Counted from the stretch's first letter, positions 42,001 through 53,333 are shown. The stretch: DNA of 64,000 nucleotides from Eledone cirrhosa (GCA_964016885.1 OZ024741.1:157170001-157234000), one strand, 5' to 3'. Notes: a model not told the origin generated them from the letters alone. A program made the numbers and translations.

Positions 42001-42782
42001 CTTTTCAAAGACCCCCTGTATAGATAATAAATGTATAACCTGTAAAATAAGCCCCCATATTAACTGTAAAACTAAAAATGTAGTGTATAGCATAAGATGT
42101 ACTGAAGGACAATGTAGAGACAAAAATATAGTGTACATAGGTGAGACAGCTCGTAGTGTAGAGGAACGGATAAATGAACACTGGCGAGACTTTCAAGATA
42201 GTAAAGAATCATCTGTACTCTACCAACATGCTAAAATAGAGCATAAGGGTAAATTAGAGAACATAGAAATAAAAATAGAATCTACACACAGAAAAGACGC
42301 AATGTTTAGACAAATCATAGAGGCAATAAACATAAAAGAATTACAACCAAAATTAAATAGAAAATATGAGTGGAACAGCAACATCACAACTTACAATTAA
42401 AGACAAAATGAAAACACACACGCACATAGAACAAACAACCAACCGGTAACATGTAAATAAACAAATAAATAAACGAATATAAACACACACAGACACCCGG
42501 ATGTGACGCATGCGCAGACTGAGCACACAACACTCACACAGAAACAAAATGGCGTAGGACAGAACAAAGGAGAGGCACAAAAACAAAGAAAAGAATCCCC
42601 AGTCACTGAAGAGGCCACAGAATGTGTGACGAAAGAACTTTGACAATATATAAACAACTATCTGGTTGTGGAACCAACCAACCAACCAGAAATTTATAAA
42701 TTTATTATAATAAATTGAAGTGAAAGCAACTGGTGCGTGTGTTTCTTATTGGCAACATGACCCTCCCAAAGTATAACAATAT
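39064..42782 (+). mobile_element. Penelope-like retroelement (RT + C-terminal GIY-YIG), disrupted
   Basis: N-terminal ELSVLLLPPKF, TDKSG, SMDVVSLYPSI, GVAIG, YSRYVDD, LPVLD, a Cys-rich linker and VVYSI...YIGET.R...R..EH. Stop at 40219 and frameshifts near 41340, 41480 and 42015. Ends in (TA)n. Confidence 0.95.
42602..42644 (+). ncRNA. Minimal type I hammerhead in the PLE 3' UTR
   Basis: GTCA CTGAAGA G GCCACA gaatg TGTGAC GAAA GAAC TT TGAC, with one stem II mismatch relative to the inverted copy. Confidence 0.65.
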
Positions 42783-42879
42783 ATATATATATATAAATGA
42801 AATATATATATACATATATACATATATATTTATGTATATACATAAAAAAGAAAATTTTCGCTCTACATGGCTGAATACA

Positions 42880-43247
42880 ATAAATGTAATCTGAGTTTTT
42901 CGAATATTAATAATAACATTCGATTCGTTTGCAATTATGCTAATGTGCAGATCTAACTGATCAGCCAGTCTGCTAATATGCAAATCAGGCTGATCAGTGA
43001 CTGTGTATTTTTGAAAATAGCATATATTTTCACTAGCTCTGACAGTTTGGCAGGTGAACAGTGAGCTGTACTGATGAAGGGTGTTACCCAGAAACATTAG
43101 TGTCTGCAGTTCTGTTCACATGCCAACACAAGAGCAAGAATGAAGGGTTCATTCTACTGACATGGCTTTAAAATTGAGGCTTGCTTGCATAATTGCAAAC
43201 GAATCGAATGTTATTATTAATATTCAAAAAACTCAGATTACATTTAT
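42880..43247 (+). mobile_element. Small non-coding element with ~60-bp inverted ends and an internal hammerhead
   Basis: 42880-42940 is the reverse complement of 43187-43247. The right side abuts an RTE (CAT)n tail. Confidence 0.8.
43047..43126 (+). ncRNA. Extended type I hammerhead ribozyme motif with a GUC site
   Basis: TTGGCA g GTGAACAG tga GCTGTA CTGATGA a GGGT gtt ACCC a GAAACA ttag TGTC^ TGCAGT t CTGTTCAC a TGCCAA. Confidence 0.8.
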
Positions 43248-43932
43248 CATCATTATCATCATCATCGTTTAACATCTATCTTCCACGTTAGCATGGGTTT
43301 ATCTGGGAATTGTCCCACTTGAGGCAAGATTGGTCGTCTCGCTCGTATAGGACTGTCTGGCAGGTTTTCTACGGCTGGATGCCCTCCCTAACACCAACCA
43401 CATCTACAGTGTGGACTGGGAGGTTTTTACCATGTTACCTACATGGCCACATTACAGCGTGGACTGTGTTGTTTTTTTTTTGTCGTGACACCTACACGAC
43501 CTCATTTATTTAGGATTGGATGTTGTGGTACCAACATAACTTTACATAGAAAGGGGTGGTGTTGATGGGTGGGGGTGGGGGAGTTGGGGTATTGGGATGG
43601 GGGTGTGTATTTGATTAAGAGGTGCCTACTGACAGTAGGTCTCGCTTTGTACTTAGGCAAGGCGGGTTTTGTGTACTACTGTGTAGTGCCAAAGATCTCG
43701 GTCCAGTGACATTGTCTTAGAGAGGTGTAAGTGTGTAAGGTCGAAATTTATCAAACCGTCCAGGTTTTTCTGGGTCTGCCTACTCCGTAACTTTCGTCAA
43801 TTTTGATCGTCCTGCACTTTTTTATACAGCTGTCGTCTTTCATGCGCATCACGTGACCATACCAATGTAGTCTTCTCTCGAGTAAACAGCATCTGATCCC
43901 TCTTATACCTAATTTCTCGCTTAGTTCATTTA
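43248..43932 (-). mobile_element. RTE LINE 3' fragment
   Basis: (CAT)n tail, RTE 3' UTR, and RRLHWYGHVMRMKDD on the minus strand. Confidence 0.85.
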
Positions 43933-44072
43933 TGTATACACATATTTATATATATCATCATGTATATATTATATATATATCATCATGTATGTATATATTA
44001 TATATATTATGATGTATGTATATATTATATATATCATCATGTATGTATATATTATATATATCTCATCATGTA

Positions 44073-44136
<64 letters not shown>

Positions 44137-44137
44137 G

Positions 44138-44181
<44 letters not shown>

Positions 44182-44395
44182 CATATTTATAAGTATGTAT
44201 ATATATATATACATATTTATAAGTATGTATATATATATATGTGTATATATATATATATATTCATACGTAATGTAGGTGAGTAATATTGTAGAACAATAAA
44301 ACTATGCATATATCAGATAAGTAGCACTCAACAGTTGGTAGAACTGGAGTATATATTAAAGAAGAAATTAAAAGATGGTTAAAAAAAGTTCCATA

Positions 44396-44464
44396 TATTT
44401 TATTATGTACATTTCGAAACAACATCATCCTGGGACAAAAATTGTGTCCTCATCAGATAAAATA
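44396..44464 (-). ncRNA. Type I hammerhead motif with a palindromic helix III
   Basis: Minus strand: TATTTTAT CTGATGA [GGACA..TGTCC..] GAAA TGTACA TA ATAAAATA. Confidence 0.7.
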
Positions 44465-44569
44465 AGGTAACATGATATGAGGCCTAAAAACACTTGTCGA
44501 AATGCGCATAATAAAATATATGGAACTTTTTTAACCATCTTTTAATTTCTTCTTTTATATATTCTTACG

Positions 44570-44609
<40 letters not shown>

Positions 44610-44612
<3 letters not shown>

Positions 44613-45420
44613 TCCTCATCATCATCATCATCATCATCATCATCGTTTAACGTCCAGTTTCCACGCTAGCATGGGTCTGGATGGGAATTGTCCCAGTTGA
44701 GGCAAGATTGGTTGCTTGCTCAGGACTGTCTGGCGGGTTTTCTAAGGCTGGATGCCCTTCCTAACACCAACCACGTTTACAGTGTGGACTGGGAGCTTTT
44801 TACCGTGTTACCTACACGGCCACATTACAGCATGGACTGCGTGTTTTATTGTCGTGACACCTACACGTCTGGCGGGTTTTCTACGGCTGGGTGCCCTTCC
44901 CAACACCAACCACGTTTACAGTGTGTACTGGGAGGTTTTTACCGTGTTACCTACACGGCCACATTGCAGCGTGGACTGTGTGTATTTTTGTCCTGACACC
45001 TACACGACCTCATTTGTTTCGGACTGGATGTTGTGGTACCAACATAACTTCACATTTAAGGGGGTGGTGTGGATGGGTGGGGGTAGTGGGACGGGGGTGT
45101 ATTTTGTTAGATGTGCCTACCGACTGTAGATTTCGCTTTGTACTTAGGCAAGGCGGGTCTTCTGTATAACTGTGTAGCGCCAAAGATCTCGGTCCAGTGA
45201 CATTGTCTTGGAGAGGTGTAGGTGTGTGAGGTCGGAATTTATCAAGTCATCCCAGGTTTTTCTGGGTCTGCCTACTCCATGGCTACCGTCTATTTTTATC
45301 GCCCTGCACTTTTTTATACAGCTGTCGTCTTTCATACGCATCACGTGACCGTACCAACGTAGTCTTCTCTCGAGTAAACAACATCTGATCCCTCTTATTC
45401 CTAATTTCTCCCTTAGTTTA
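44610..45420 (-). mobile_element. RTE LINE 3' fragment with an internal ~140-bp duplication
   Basis: MRMKDDSCIKKCRAIKIDG..GRPRKTW. 44728-44867 is repeated at about 44867-45005. Confidence 0.85.
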
Positions 45421-45449
45421 TATATATATATAGAGAGAGAGAGATTTTA

Positions 45450-46060
45450 TATGTGGCCGGTGCTCTGGTGCAATAAATAGCAGCAAGTGCCCACGGAATA
45501 CTAGCTCATTCCATTGGACAGATGGTTCTATAGAAATAGTGGACACCTTCCGCTACCTGGGTGACAAAATCAGCAGTGGTGGGGGGGGGGGGGTTCCGAA
45601 AGTACAGTAGCTAGAGTCAGAACGGGATGGAAAAAGTTCAGAGAGCTTATACCACTATTGGCCGCTAAAGGGTTCTCCCTAAACATGAAAGGTAGGCTGT
45701 ATGATGCCTGCATACGAACAGCAATGTTGCATGGCAGTGAGACCTGGGCATTGTGTGCAGAGGATATATGCAGACTGGAGAAGGCGAAACTTGCATGCTC
45801 CGCTGGATGTGTAATAGTAATATACGTGAACGGCAAAGCATAAACGAACTAAGGGAGAAATGAGGAATAAGGGAGAAATCAGAGGCTGTTTACTCGAGAG
45901 AAGACTACGTTGGTACGGTCACGTGATGCGCATGAAAGAAGACAGCTGTATAAAAAAGTGCAGGGCAATAAAAATAGACGGTAGCCATGGAGTAGGCAGA
46001 CCCAGAAAAACCTGGGACGACTTGCTAAATTCTGACCTCACACACCTACACCTCTCCAAG
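45450..46060 (+). mobile_element. RTE LINE internal fragment, inverted relative to 45205-45420
   Basis: FRYLGD, MLHGSETW and RRLRWYGHV; ends abruptly at 46060. Confidence 0.85.
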
Positions 46061-46409
46061 ACGGGATCTTCTGAAACTAACAAAGTCAATCTGTGAACGC
46101 AGAAGTGAATATTTCAAAAAACGTTGCAACCGGAGGAAGACAGGAAGACGATACTTTGGTTCATGGAAATGTTCCCTGGCAAAGAACGGGAAAAAAACGT
46201 CATTATTTGGAGCGGTGAAAAACAATTACACGCAAAGACAAAACCACGTTTATGGTATAAAAGTCGTAGACTAATATTCTATTAGATTGACTTTGTTAGT
46301 TTCAGAAGATCCCGTTAAGGGTGAAAGCAGCGATTCTTTGCTTAAACTTTAATCTGTTATTTTAATAAATATTTGCTCTACGGTTCTTCTATATTTGATA
46401 TATATTTTG

Positions 46410-46475
46410 TATTTTGTCTGAAGAAGGCATAACATATTGTTAATATGATATCCCTGAAATATATATAACGAAATA
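46410..46475 (+). ncRNA. Type I hammerhead motif with a long stem II
   Basis: TATTTTGT CTGAAGA AGG-cataaCATATT gtt AATATG atatc-CCT GAAA TATATA TA ACGAAATA. Confidence 0.75.
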
Positions 46476-46515
46476 AATATGGTTTTATAAATATAGTTTC
46501 CATTTATTTAATATC

Positions 46516-46537
<22 letters not shown>

Positions 46538-46548
<11 letters not shown>

Positions 46549-47261
46549 CAGTAGATGTACAGGGAAATTAGACAGTAGAAGTCGCACTGATAGACACATT
46601 TTTCAAATGCAAGCGGGCGCTATAGAAATGGGGGATAGCTTCCGGTACCTAGGAGATCAGATTAGCATGGAAGGAGGGTGTTCCGAGGCCATAGTATCTA
46701 GAATAAGGACGGGTTGGAAGAAGTTTAGGGAGCTGCTTCCTCTGTTGACGGAGAAGGGTTTCTCCCTGCATACGAAAGGCCGGTTGTATGATGCCTGTGT
46801 GAGGAGCGCGATGCTGCATGGTAGTGAGACATGGGCAGCAACTGCAGAGGATATGTGACGGCTGGAGAGAAATGAGGCAAGCATGCTCTGTTGGATGTGC
46901 AGTGTAAATGTGCGCGAACGACCCAGCATAAATGTGTTGAGAGAGAAACTGTGTCTGAGAGGGATAGAATGTAGTGTACGGGAGAGGAGACTGAGGTGGT
47001 ATGGACATGTGATGCGCATGGAGGATGACCGATGGGTGAAGAAGTGCCAGGAATTGCCAGTTGAGGGAAGACGTGGTAGAGATAGACCACAAAAAACATG
47101 GGCGGTGGTGGTGAGAACAGACCTCAGATCATTGAAGCTCACGGTGGAGATGACGAGGGACCGTGACGAGTGGAGAGATGCTGTGCTGAATAAGACCCAT
47201 CCCAACCTTGCAAGCAGGGAAAAGCGGACGTAAAATGATGATGATGATGATGATGATGATG

Positions 47262-47263
<2 letters not shown>
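46538..47263 (+). mobile_element. RTE LINE 3' fragment, divergent subfamily
   Basis: FRYLGDQI, MLHGSETW, RRLRWYGHV and a (GAT)n tail. Confidence 0.9.
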
Positions 47264-47311
<48 letters not shown>

Positions 47312-48125
47312 CACGTGTATATATATATTGTTTGAGTGACAGAAGAGGAAGGAAAACATAAAATAAACATTGATTAATAAATCATTTTACTTTATTTTCT
47401 CACTTTTTATATTTTTCACCAAATCAATCTTTGTCTTTGTTTTTGTTTTTCTACTTTTAATGTATTTTGTTGTTATTTTTTTCGTGTGTGATGTGTTGTC
47501 CGTGAAAGTGTGGTAATAGGGGGTTACCATGCATCTATAGGTCACAATGACATTGTAAAGAGATGGTTTGTAAGGGAGAGATAGGAGGGAGGAAAGGTGA
47601 GAGGAGGAATGGATATGAGGAGGGGTGGGGTGGGTGGAGGAAGGGATAGGAAGAGGTGGAAGACACACACACACACACACACACAGAAGCAAGGGCTATT
47701 GGAAATCGGAGGGAGGGGATGCGAGAAGGGCATGAATGGGAGGAGGAGGAGGGACGGGAGGGGGGACGGGAGGGGTTGGGGTGGGGTGGAAGGGGGAGGG
47801 GGGATCAAGGTCAAGTGGAAATCGGAGGGAGGGGATGCGATTGGGAGAAGTAGGAGGGACGGGAGGAGGAGTATTAATGCAAGGAGTGGGAGGGATGTAA
47901 TGAGGAGGGGGAGAAAGCCTCGGGTGTAATGATACCAAAGATGTTGTTGTTGTTGTCATTGTTATAGTTGTTATTGGTGTTGTTATTGTGAATTAACACA
48001 ATCATGAGAGTGTCAGACAAAATACTTTGCCACAATTTTTTTACACTCTTTACGTTCAGAGTTCAAATCTCATCATGGTCACCTTTTCTTTTGCTCTTTC
48101 CTAGATTTTAACATCTCTTCAACTA

Positions 48126-48310
48126 GTGGATTGGCAGTATAGGTAAAGAGTCAGATGCCATGCTTTGCAGGATAGAGTTACGGCCCTTTATGATATGAGT
48201 TCAAATCCCGCCAAGGTTAACTTTGCCTTTCATCCTTACGGGGGTCGATAAAATAAAGTACCAGTAATGCACTGGGTAATTGCTGGCCTTGTGCCAAAAG
48301 TAGAAACAAT
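48126..48310 (+). mobile_element. tRNA-derived SINE, same family as 30274-30454
   Basis: gagttcaaatccc B-box and the conserved body ending agtagaaacaat. Confidence 0.9.
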
Positions 48311-48319
48311 TATTTATAG

Positions 48320-48675
48320 CAGTGGTTCCCAAAGTGGGTTCCACAAACGAGTGTCTGGGGTTCCATGAAAAAGGTTGAGGAGTATATTAACCCTAAGCAT
48401 TTAAACCGGCTGTATCCAGCCATAGTTCTCTCACCCCTGTTTGTTCAAACTGGTCATAACTGATCATTCATACTGATGTTACAGTATTGTTCTCAAAATA
48501 AATAATACCAAAATCTTATAGATTCGATATTATGTGAGATGATTGTGTAAGATAAAGCCTTTACAATCAAAATATAATAGTAAATATAGAGTATAACAGT
48601 ATTAGACTTTGGAGTTCCCTCAAAAGTTTCTGAACCGAAAAGGGCTCCGCATTTGAAAATGTTTGGGGAACCCTG
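48320..48675. mobile_element. hAT-type MITE with a nested piggyBac MITE fragment (about 48387-48600)
   Basis: cagtggttccc...ggggaaccctg ends with the 8-bp TSD atttatag on both sides. Confidence 0.85.
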
Positions 48676-49770
48676 ATTTATAGTGATTGACTATCATATG
48701 GTCATTTGCATTGGGACACACACATTAAAAAAGATATCCAGCTATGTTATCTAGTCTGTCCAGACTCAATTGTGACAACCTGTCTAACTTATGCAAGCAT
48801 AGAAAATAGACATAACACTGGTGATAATGATGATTATGATGATATATAGAAATTAAACCTCTCAAGGAGATGGCAAAGGAACATGAGGGCACACACTATA
48901 TTGTGTTGGTGAAGACAGGGCCACAAACATGAAATGTGACCTGACCCATCCACATGACCCCTTCAGTAGCACTCCCTAGTAGCTATCCTCACTACAACCC
49001 CCTATCCATGCCCCCTCCAGTATCATACCTTAGCTATTCCCCTCTCTAAAGCCCTTAGATACCATCACTATCACATCCTAGTTCCTCCTCCACTACCACC
49101 CTTTAGTTATATTCTTAAATCACTGCACTCCCCTCCTACTTGCTATTAACCAATACATCCACACACCTCACCACTACACTCCCTCTCCACCCTCAACCTG
49201 TTAAATCACACCTCACTTGCCATACACCCATAATTTCATGCCTTTCTCCCTTCTCCTGCCACCCACCTCCAAATCCCATAGAGTAGAGAAGACTCTTTGG
49301 TTGGGACAAAACCAGCAACTTCTCCTGTGCTGGTGCCATGATAAAATGCACTCTGTAGAATGTGAAATTTATGTAAGTGAGATGTGAACCCCTGGCTTCT
49401 CCAGGAGGTCAGTAGACCTGCTTCAGTACTGACTCAGTCCAGCCCTTGTTAGCAGGGAAAATGGACGTTAATGATGATGATGATGATATATATATGTTAT
49501 ATTTATAAGTGGAACAGCTATACTTTTATATGTGTTGTTGAAGACACAGCTACATTCTTGTTGCAATTTCTTTATTAGGATCATTTCCTATTTTCTAATA
49601 GGGCCTCTTCACTTCATTTGGAGCAGCAAAGTTCCCATGTCCATAATTTTTTATACATTTCCAGACCCAGATGGTCTCAACTTCAAAAGCAGTAAGACCA
49701 ACAACACTCTCTTGGTGATTAAAAAAAAAGAAAGAAACAAAAACATGTACAGTTCTAACATCTTAAAATA

Positions 49771-49945
49771 ATTGTTTCTACTTTTGGCACAAGGCCAGCA
49801 ATTATCCCAGAGCATTACTGGTACTCTATTTTATCGACCCCGAAAGGATGAAAGGCAAAGTTAACCTCAGCAGGATTTGAACTCAGATCCTAAAGGGCCG
49901 TAACTCTATGCTGCAAAGCATGGTGTCTGACCCTCTAGCTGACTC
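49771..49945 (-). mobile_element. tRNA-derived SINE
   Basis: Reverse complement of the 30274 family. Confidence 0.85.
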
Positions 49946-49975
49946 ATAAGCTGTACTTTCACTAAATTGGTCTCA

Positions 49976-50024
<49 letters not shown>

Positions 50025-50027
<3 letters not shown>

Positions 50028-50498
50028 AAGCCACGGAGTGGGTAGACCCAGAAAAACCTGGGACGAGGTGATAAAACCTGACCTTGCTCACTTACACTTC
50101 TCTAAGACAATGACACTGGATCAAGACCTTTGGCTCCATGCAGAAGACCTGACTGCCATTACATACAAACCTACAGTCATAGGCACCTCTTAACCTAATG
50201 TACACCCCACGCCCACACCATAGCCCCATCCTCCCTCTCCCGTTCCGTCCACTGTGTCGATGACACAACAGTCCACACTGTAAGGTGGCCGTGTAGGAGA
50301 CACGGTGAAAAGGCTCCCAGTCCACACTGTAAATGTGGTTGGTGTTAGGAAGGGCATCCAACTATAAAACACCTGCCAGAGACGCTTCCGTGTGAGCAAG
50401 GAATGGTCTCCCGACCATTCTCGCATCAAATGGAACAAAACCGTCTAACCCATGCTAAGCGTGGAAGATGGACGTTAAACGATGATGATGATGATGAT
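50025..50498 (+). mobile_element. RTE LINE 3' fragment
   Basis: GRPRKTWDEVIK, RTE 3' UTR and a (GAT)n tail. Confidence 0.85.
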
Positions 50499-50511
50499 AT
50501 ACATATATTGG

Positions 50512-50553
50512 TTAATTCTGAGGAATCCCAGGAGGATGAAACATGTAAATTAA
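50512..50553 (+). ncRNA. Minimal type I hammerhead ribozyme, fully canonical
   Basis: TTAATT CTGAGGA ATCC cagga GGAT GAAA CATG TA^ AATTAA. All stems pair, and helix III is the palindrome ACATGT. Confidence 0.85.
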
Positions 50554-50776
50554 ATTATGATATAAATAACAATGTTTGGTAACATGTTTTAATGTAAAAA
50601 TGTAGTCTACGTATGAATAGGCTTGCACATTAAGAGTTCATGTACTTTTTTATTTTAAATTGAATGTAGCCATGTGTACAGTTTTCTATAATGAATTATC
50701 TTATTTTGAGCTGATATAACTTTTTCAGATACATTTTTCCAGTTTTTATATTTGAAAATCAATTTCTTTATATGTG

Positions 50777-50830
<54 letters not shown>

Positions 50831-52869
50831 TAGATATACACATAAGTATAAACATATAAACACACACACGTACATACACACACACATATATATACACTGA
50901 ATTGGCAGGCTGTCCCCAAATCAAATTGGTCCCCTATTTTCTATTCTCTGTTTGTGTTCGATGTAATCCAGTTGTCTAATTCTGCAATTAACACCTGATG
51001 AAATTTAAGTCTTGCATCATGATCAGATGATAAGGCAAGGCCATAAAAATATGTTTAGGGCTTTTGTGGGATTAAAATTCTAAAGCAAATTTCCAGTCTG
51101 GCCTTCTGTTTTTGTTTTAATGAATACTTTATTCCGTTTCTGCACCGGCTATGGGATGTCACATCTATGATAGATAATTTGCATAATATTGAGTGCTTTA
51201 ATTAATTCACTGCATCATCGTTTACCAAACAAAACCACCAGTTCTAATCATTGGTAAACAGCCTAACATAAATGGTATATATGAACTGATGTTCCCTTAA
51301 AAAGCAAAAAGTTGTTTCAGGATGTACATGCCAGCATAGATAGTAGTAAGCTCGCAGTGCAAGTGATCTGTGTTGTCTATATGAGGAGGCAGATGATTCT
51401 GTGTGTGGTTGAAGTGCTGATAGAAGAATTGCTGTTGGGCCCTTGTCAACATGATTGTCAGCTGGATTTTCTTTGCTAAGTGCTACATCACGTTACTTGC
51501 TTGAACAGGTCGAAGTGATACTTCTCTTTCGTGGAACCAGAGTCGAACAACCCAAAGAAAAATGTATTGCATTTCACCTCAAGCTGGTCAGACTCCAGAC
51601 TACTGATTCCAACCAAGATAAAGAGAAATAGCAGCAAGATGTCAGGGGTCAGCATGTGCAAAGTGATTTCGCTATGCATATATAAATATATTTATGTATA
51701 TTCGCCCAACTCATAAGACTTTTCCCTCATTAGCCAACCCCACTCACATCCTTCCATCCTTCATCTACCAATCATTATCAGCTTGGAAGACAGATGAATC
51801 CTTCCACTTAGCTCACCCAACTTTAATCCCTTCCATCTCATTTCCTTCATCTTCTGACCCACCTATCCAAATCCCCAATTCCCCTTCTTCGCCAAGCCCA
51901 GGCCTACGTGGAAAGCTGGAAAACAACCCATAATACACTGTCAGATGTCACTCACTCTCTTCAAGACCAACTCTGCAAATTGGATCCCTCACTGAGAGAT
52001 AACCTCTGCCCCTCTCAACAAACAAGATGTAGCTCTCTCTCCCCTGACACTCATCTTACACTGACCCACTTCTTTCCTAGCCTAGCCAACAACACAGCAA
52101 GCACCCTAATGTTGTAATAAGATATTGAGTCACAATAAAATGCACCTACTCTGGAAAATGATAGCGTTGGTACCATGATAAACTGCTCCCAGTACACCCA
52201 GCAAGGTGTTTGGCATTAGAAAGGACATCCATCCATAGTAACTATGCCAAAAATGGTGGGTATGAGCTCAACATGTTCACCTGGACACTGTAGCCACAGA
52301 ACACGACAATCTGTCTAACCCATGCAAGCATAAATAGCATAATTAGATGTTAAATGATGATGATGATCATATATATATATCATAAATCATTTTTATTTTC
52401 TTTGCATTATTTACACCTAGGCACTTTCATATATGCAGAGCCGATGCCTGAGAATTAGCACCCTGGGTTAGATTACAATATGTACCCCTTTTTCCCTGAT
52501 ATGCGCCTCATTTTAGACAACGCTGTTAAGCATCAAAGATGTTTAAATATTTATTTATTGATCAAAGGAAATTATTATATATTTAATTAAGTGTATACAA
52601 ATTCGTATAAGACTGTAACTCTTTAAGTTTCAGTATTGAAACTTCTAATGATATTGCCAGCCCTGCATACATATATCTTTTTCTTTACAAAAATAAATTT
52701 TATACTCTAATTATGGCTAACTTTCAATATAGATAGATGGGAAATGAAAGCAAATTTATACCAAGTTAAACTTAATTATTAAGTGAGCTCAGTCTTGGGT
52801 AAATATCCCCTTGATGCTAGGTTCAGCTGAATTGTCCAGAGTAGATGGTAAAATACCAGATGGTCTTAC

Positions 52870-52951
52870 TCATTGTCCCTGGTTAAGAGGTAGATGTCTC
52901 ATTTGGGATCCCACAGCCATGACTCTTTGACTCCTTCCAACATCCTGGATG
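52870..52951 (-). other. Candidate 5'UTR exon of the minus-strand gene
   Basis: Acceptor ccctcacatttattgcag|C and donor A|gtaaga. Confidence 0.3.
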
Positions 52952-53333
52952 CTGCAATAAATGTGAGGGTCACTGCTTCCACAGCCAATAAAATTCTAAA
53001 ATCCTTGTCATTGTTAGTGACTCACTGTCAGGTGATGCCCATGACAGTGTTTGGTTGTTCCAAAGCCTTAGCCTTGCTATCCCCAGCAACAATGCTGATA
53101 GCGCGTTAGCTTGCCTCAACAGGTATTAGACGGAATATCTGGTGCCCCTTGTGGTGTGCGTCACCAAATGACACACTTAGTGTTGCATTAATATTTTCTA
53201 TCGTTTTGATTATATATTTTATGTGAAATATTTATGTAATTAGATATTGTATAATTTATTTGTGTGCATATTTTTATTCTGTAAGAATTATAAATAAATA
53301 TTCTATGACTACGATGATAGAATTCAGTAATTA

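Noticed and set aside
43960-44283. YI/IY-rich ORFs here and at other (TA)n tracts
   Set aside because: Microsatellite translation artefacts.
47560-47930. Gly/Arg- and Pro-rich ORFs
   Set aside because: Purine-rich low-complexity tract with no gene structure.
49550-49712. Possible extra minus-strand exon
   Set aside because: Weak acceptor, no clear donor, and stops in all frames.
51300-51679. 63-aa signal-peptide-like ORF and an adjacent open stretch
   Set aside because: No consistent splice sites or homology. More likely a decayed element fragment.
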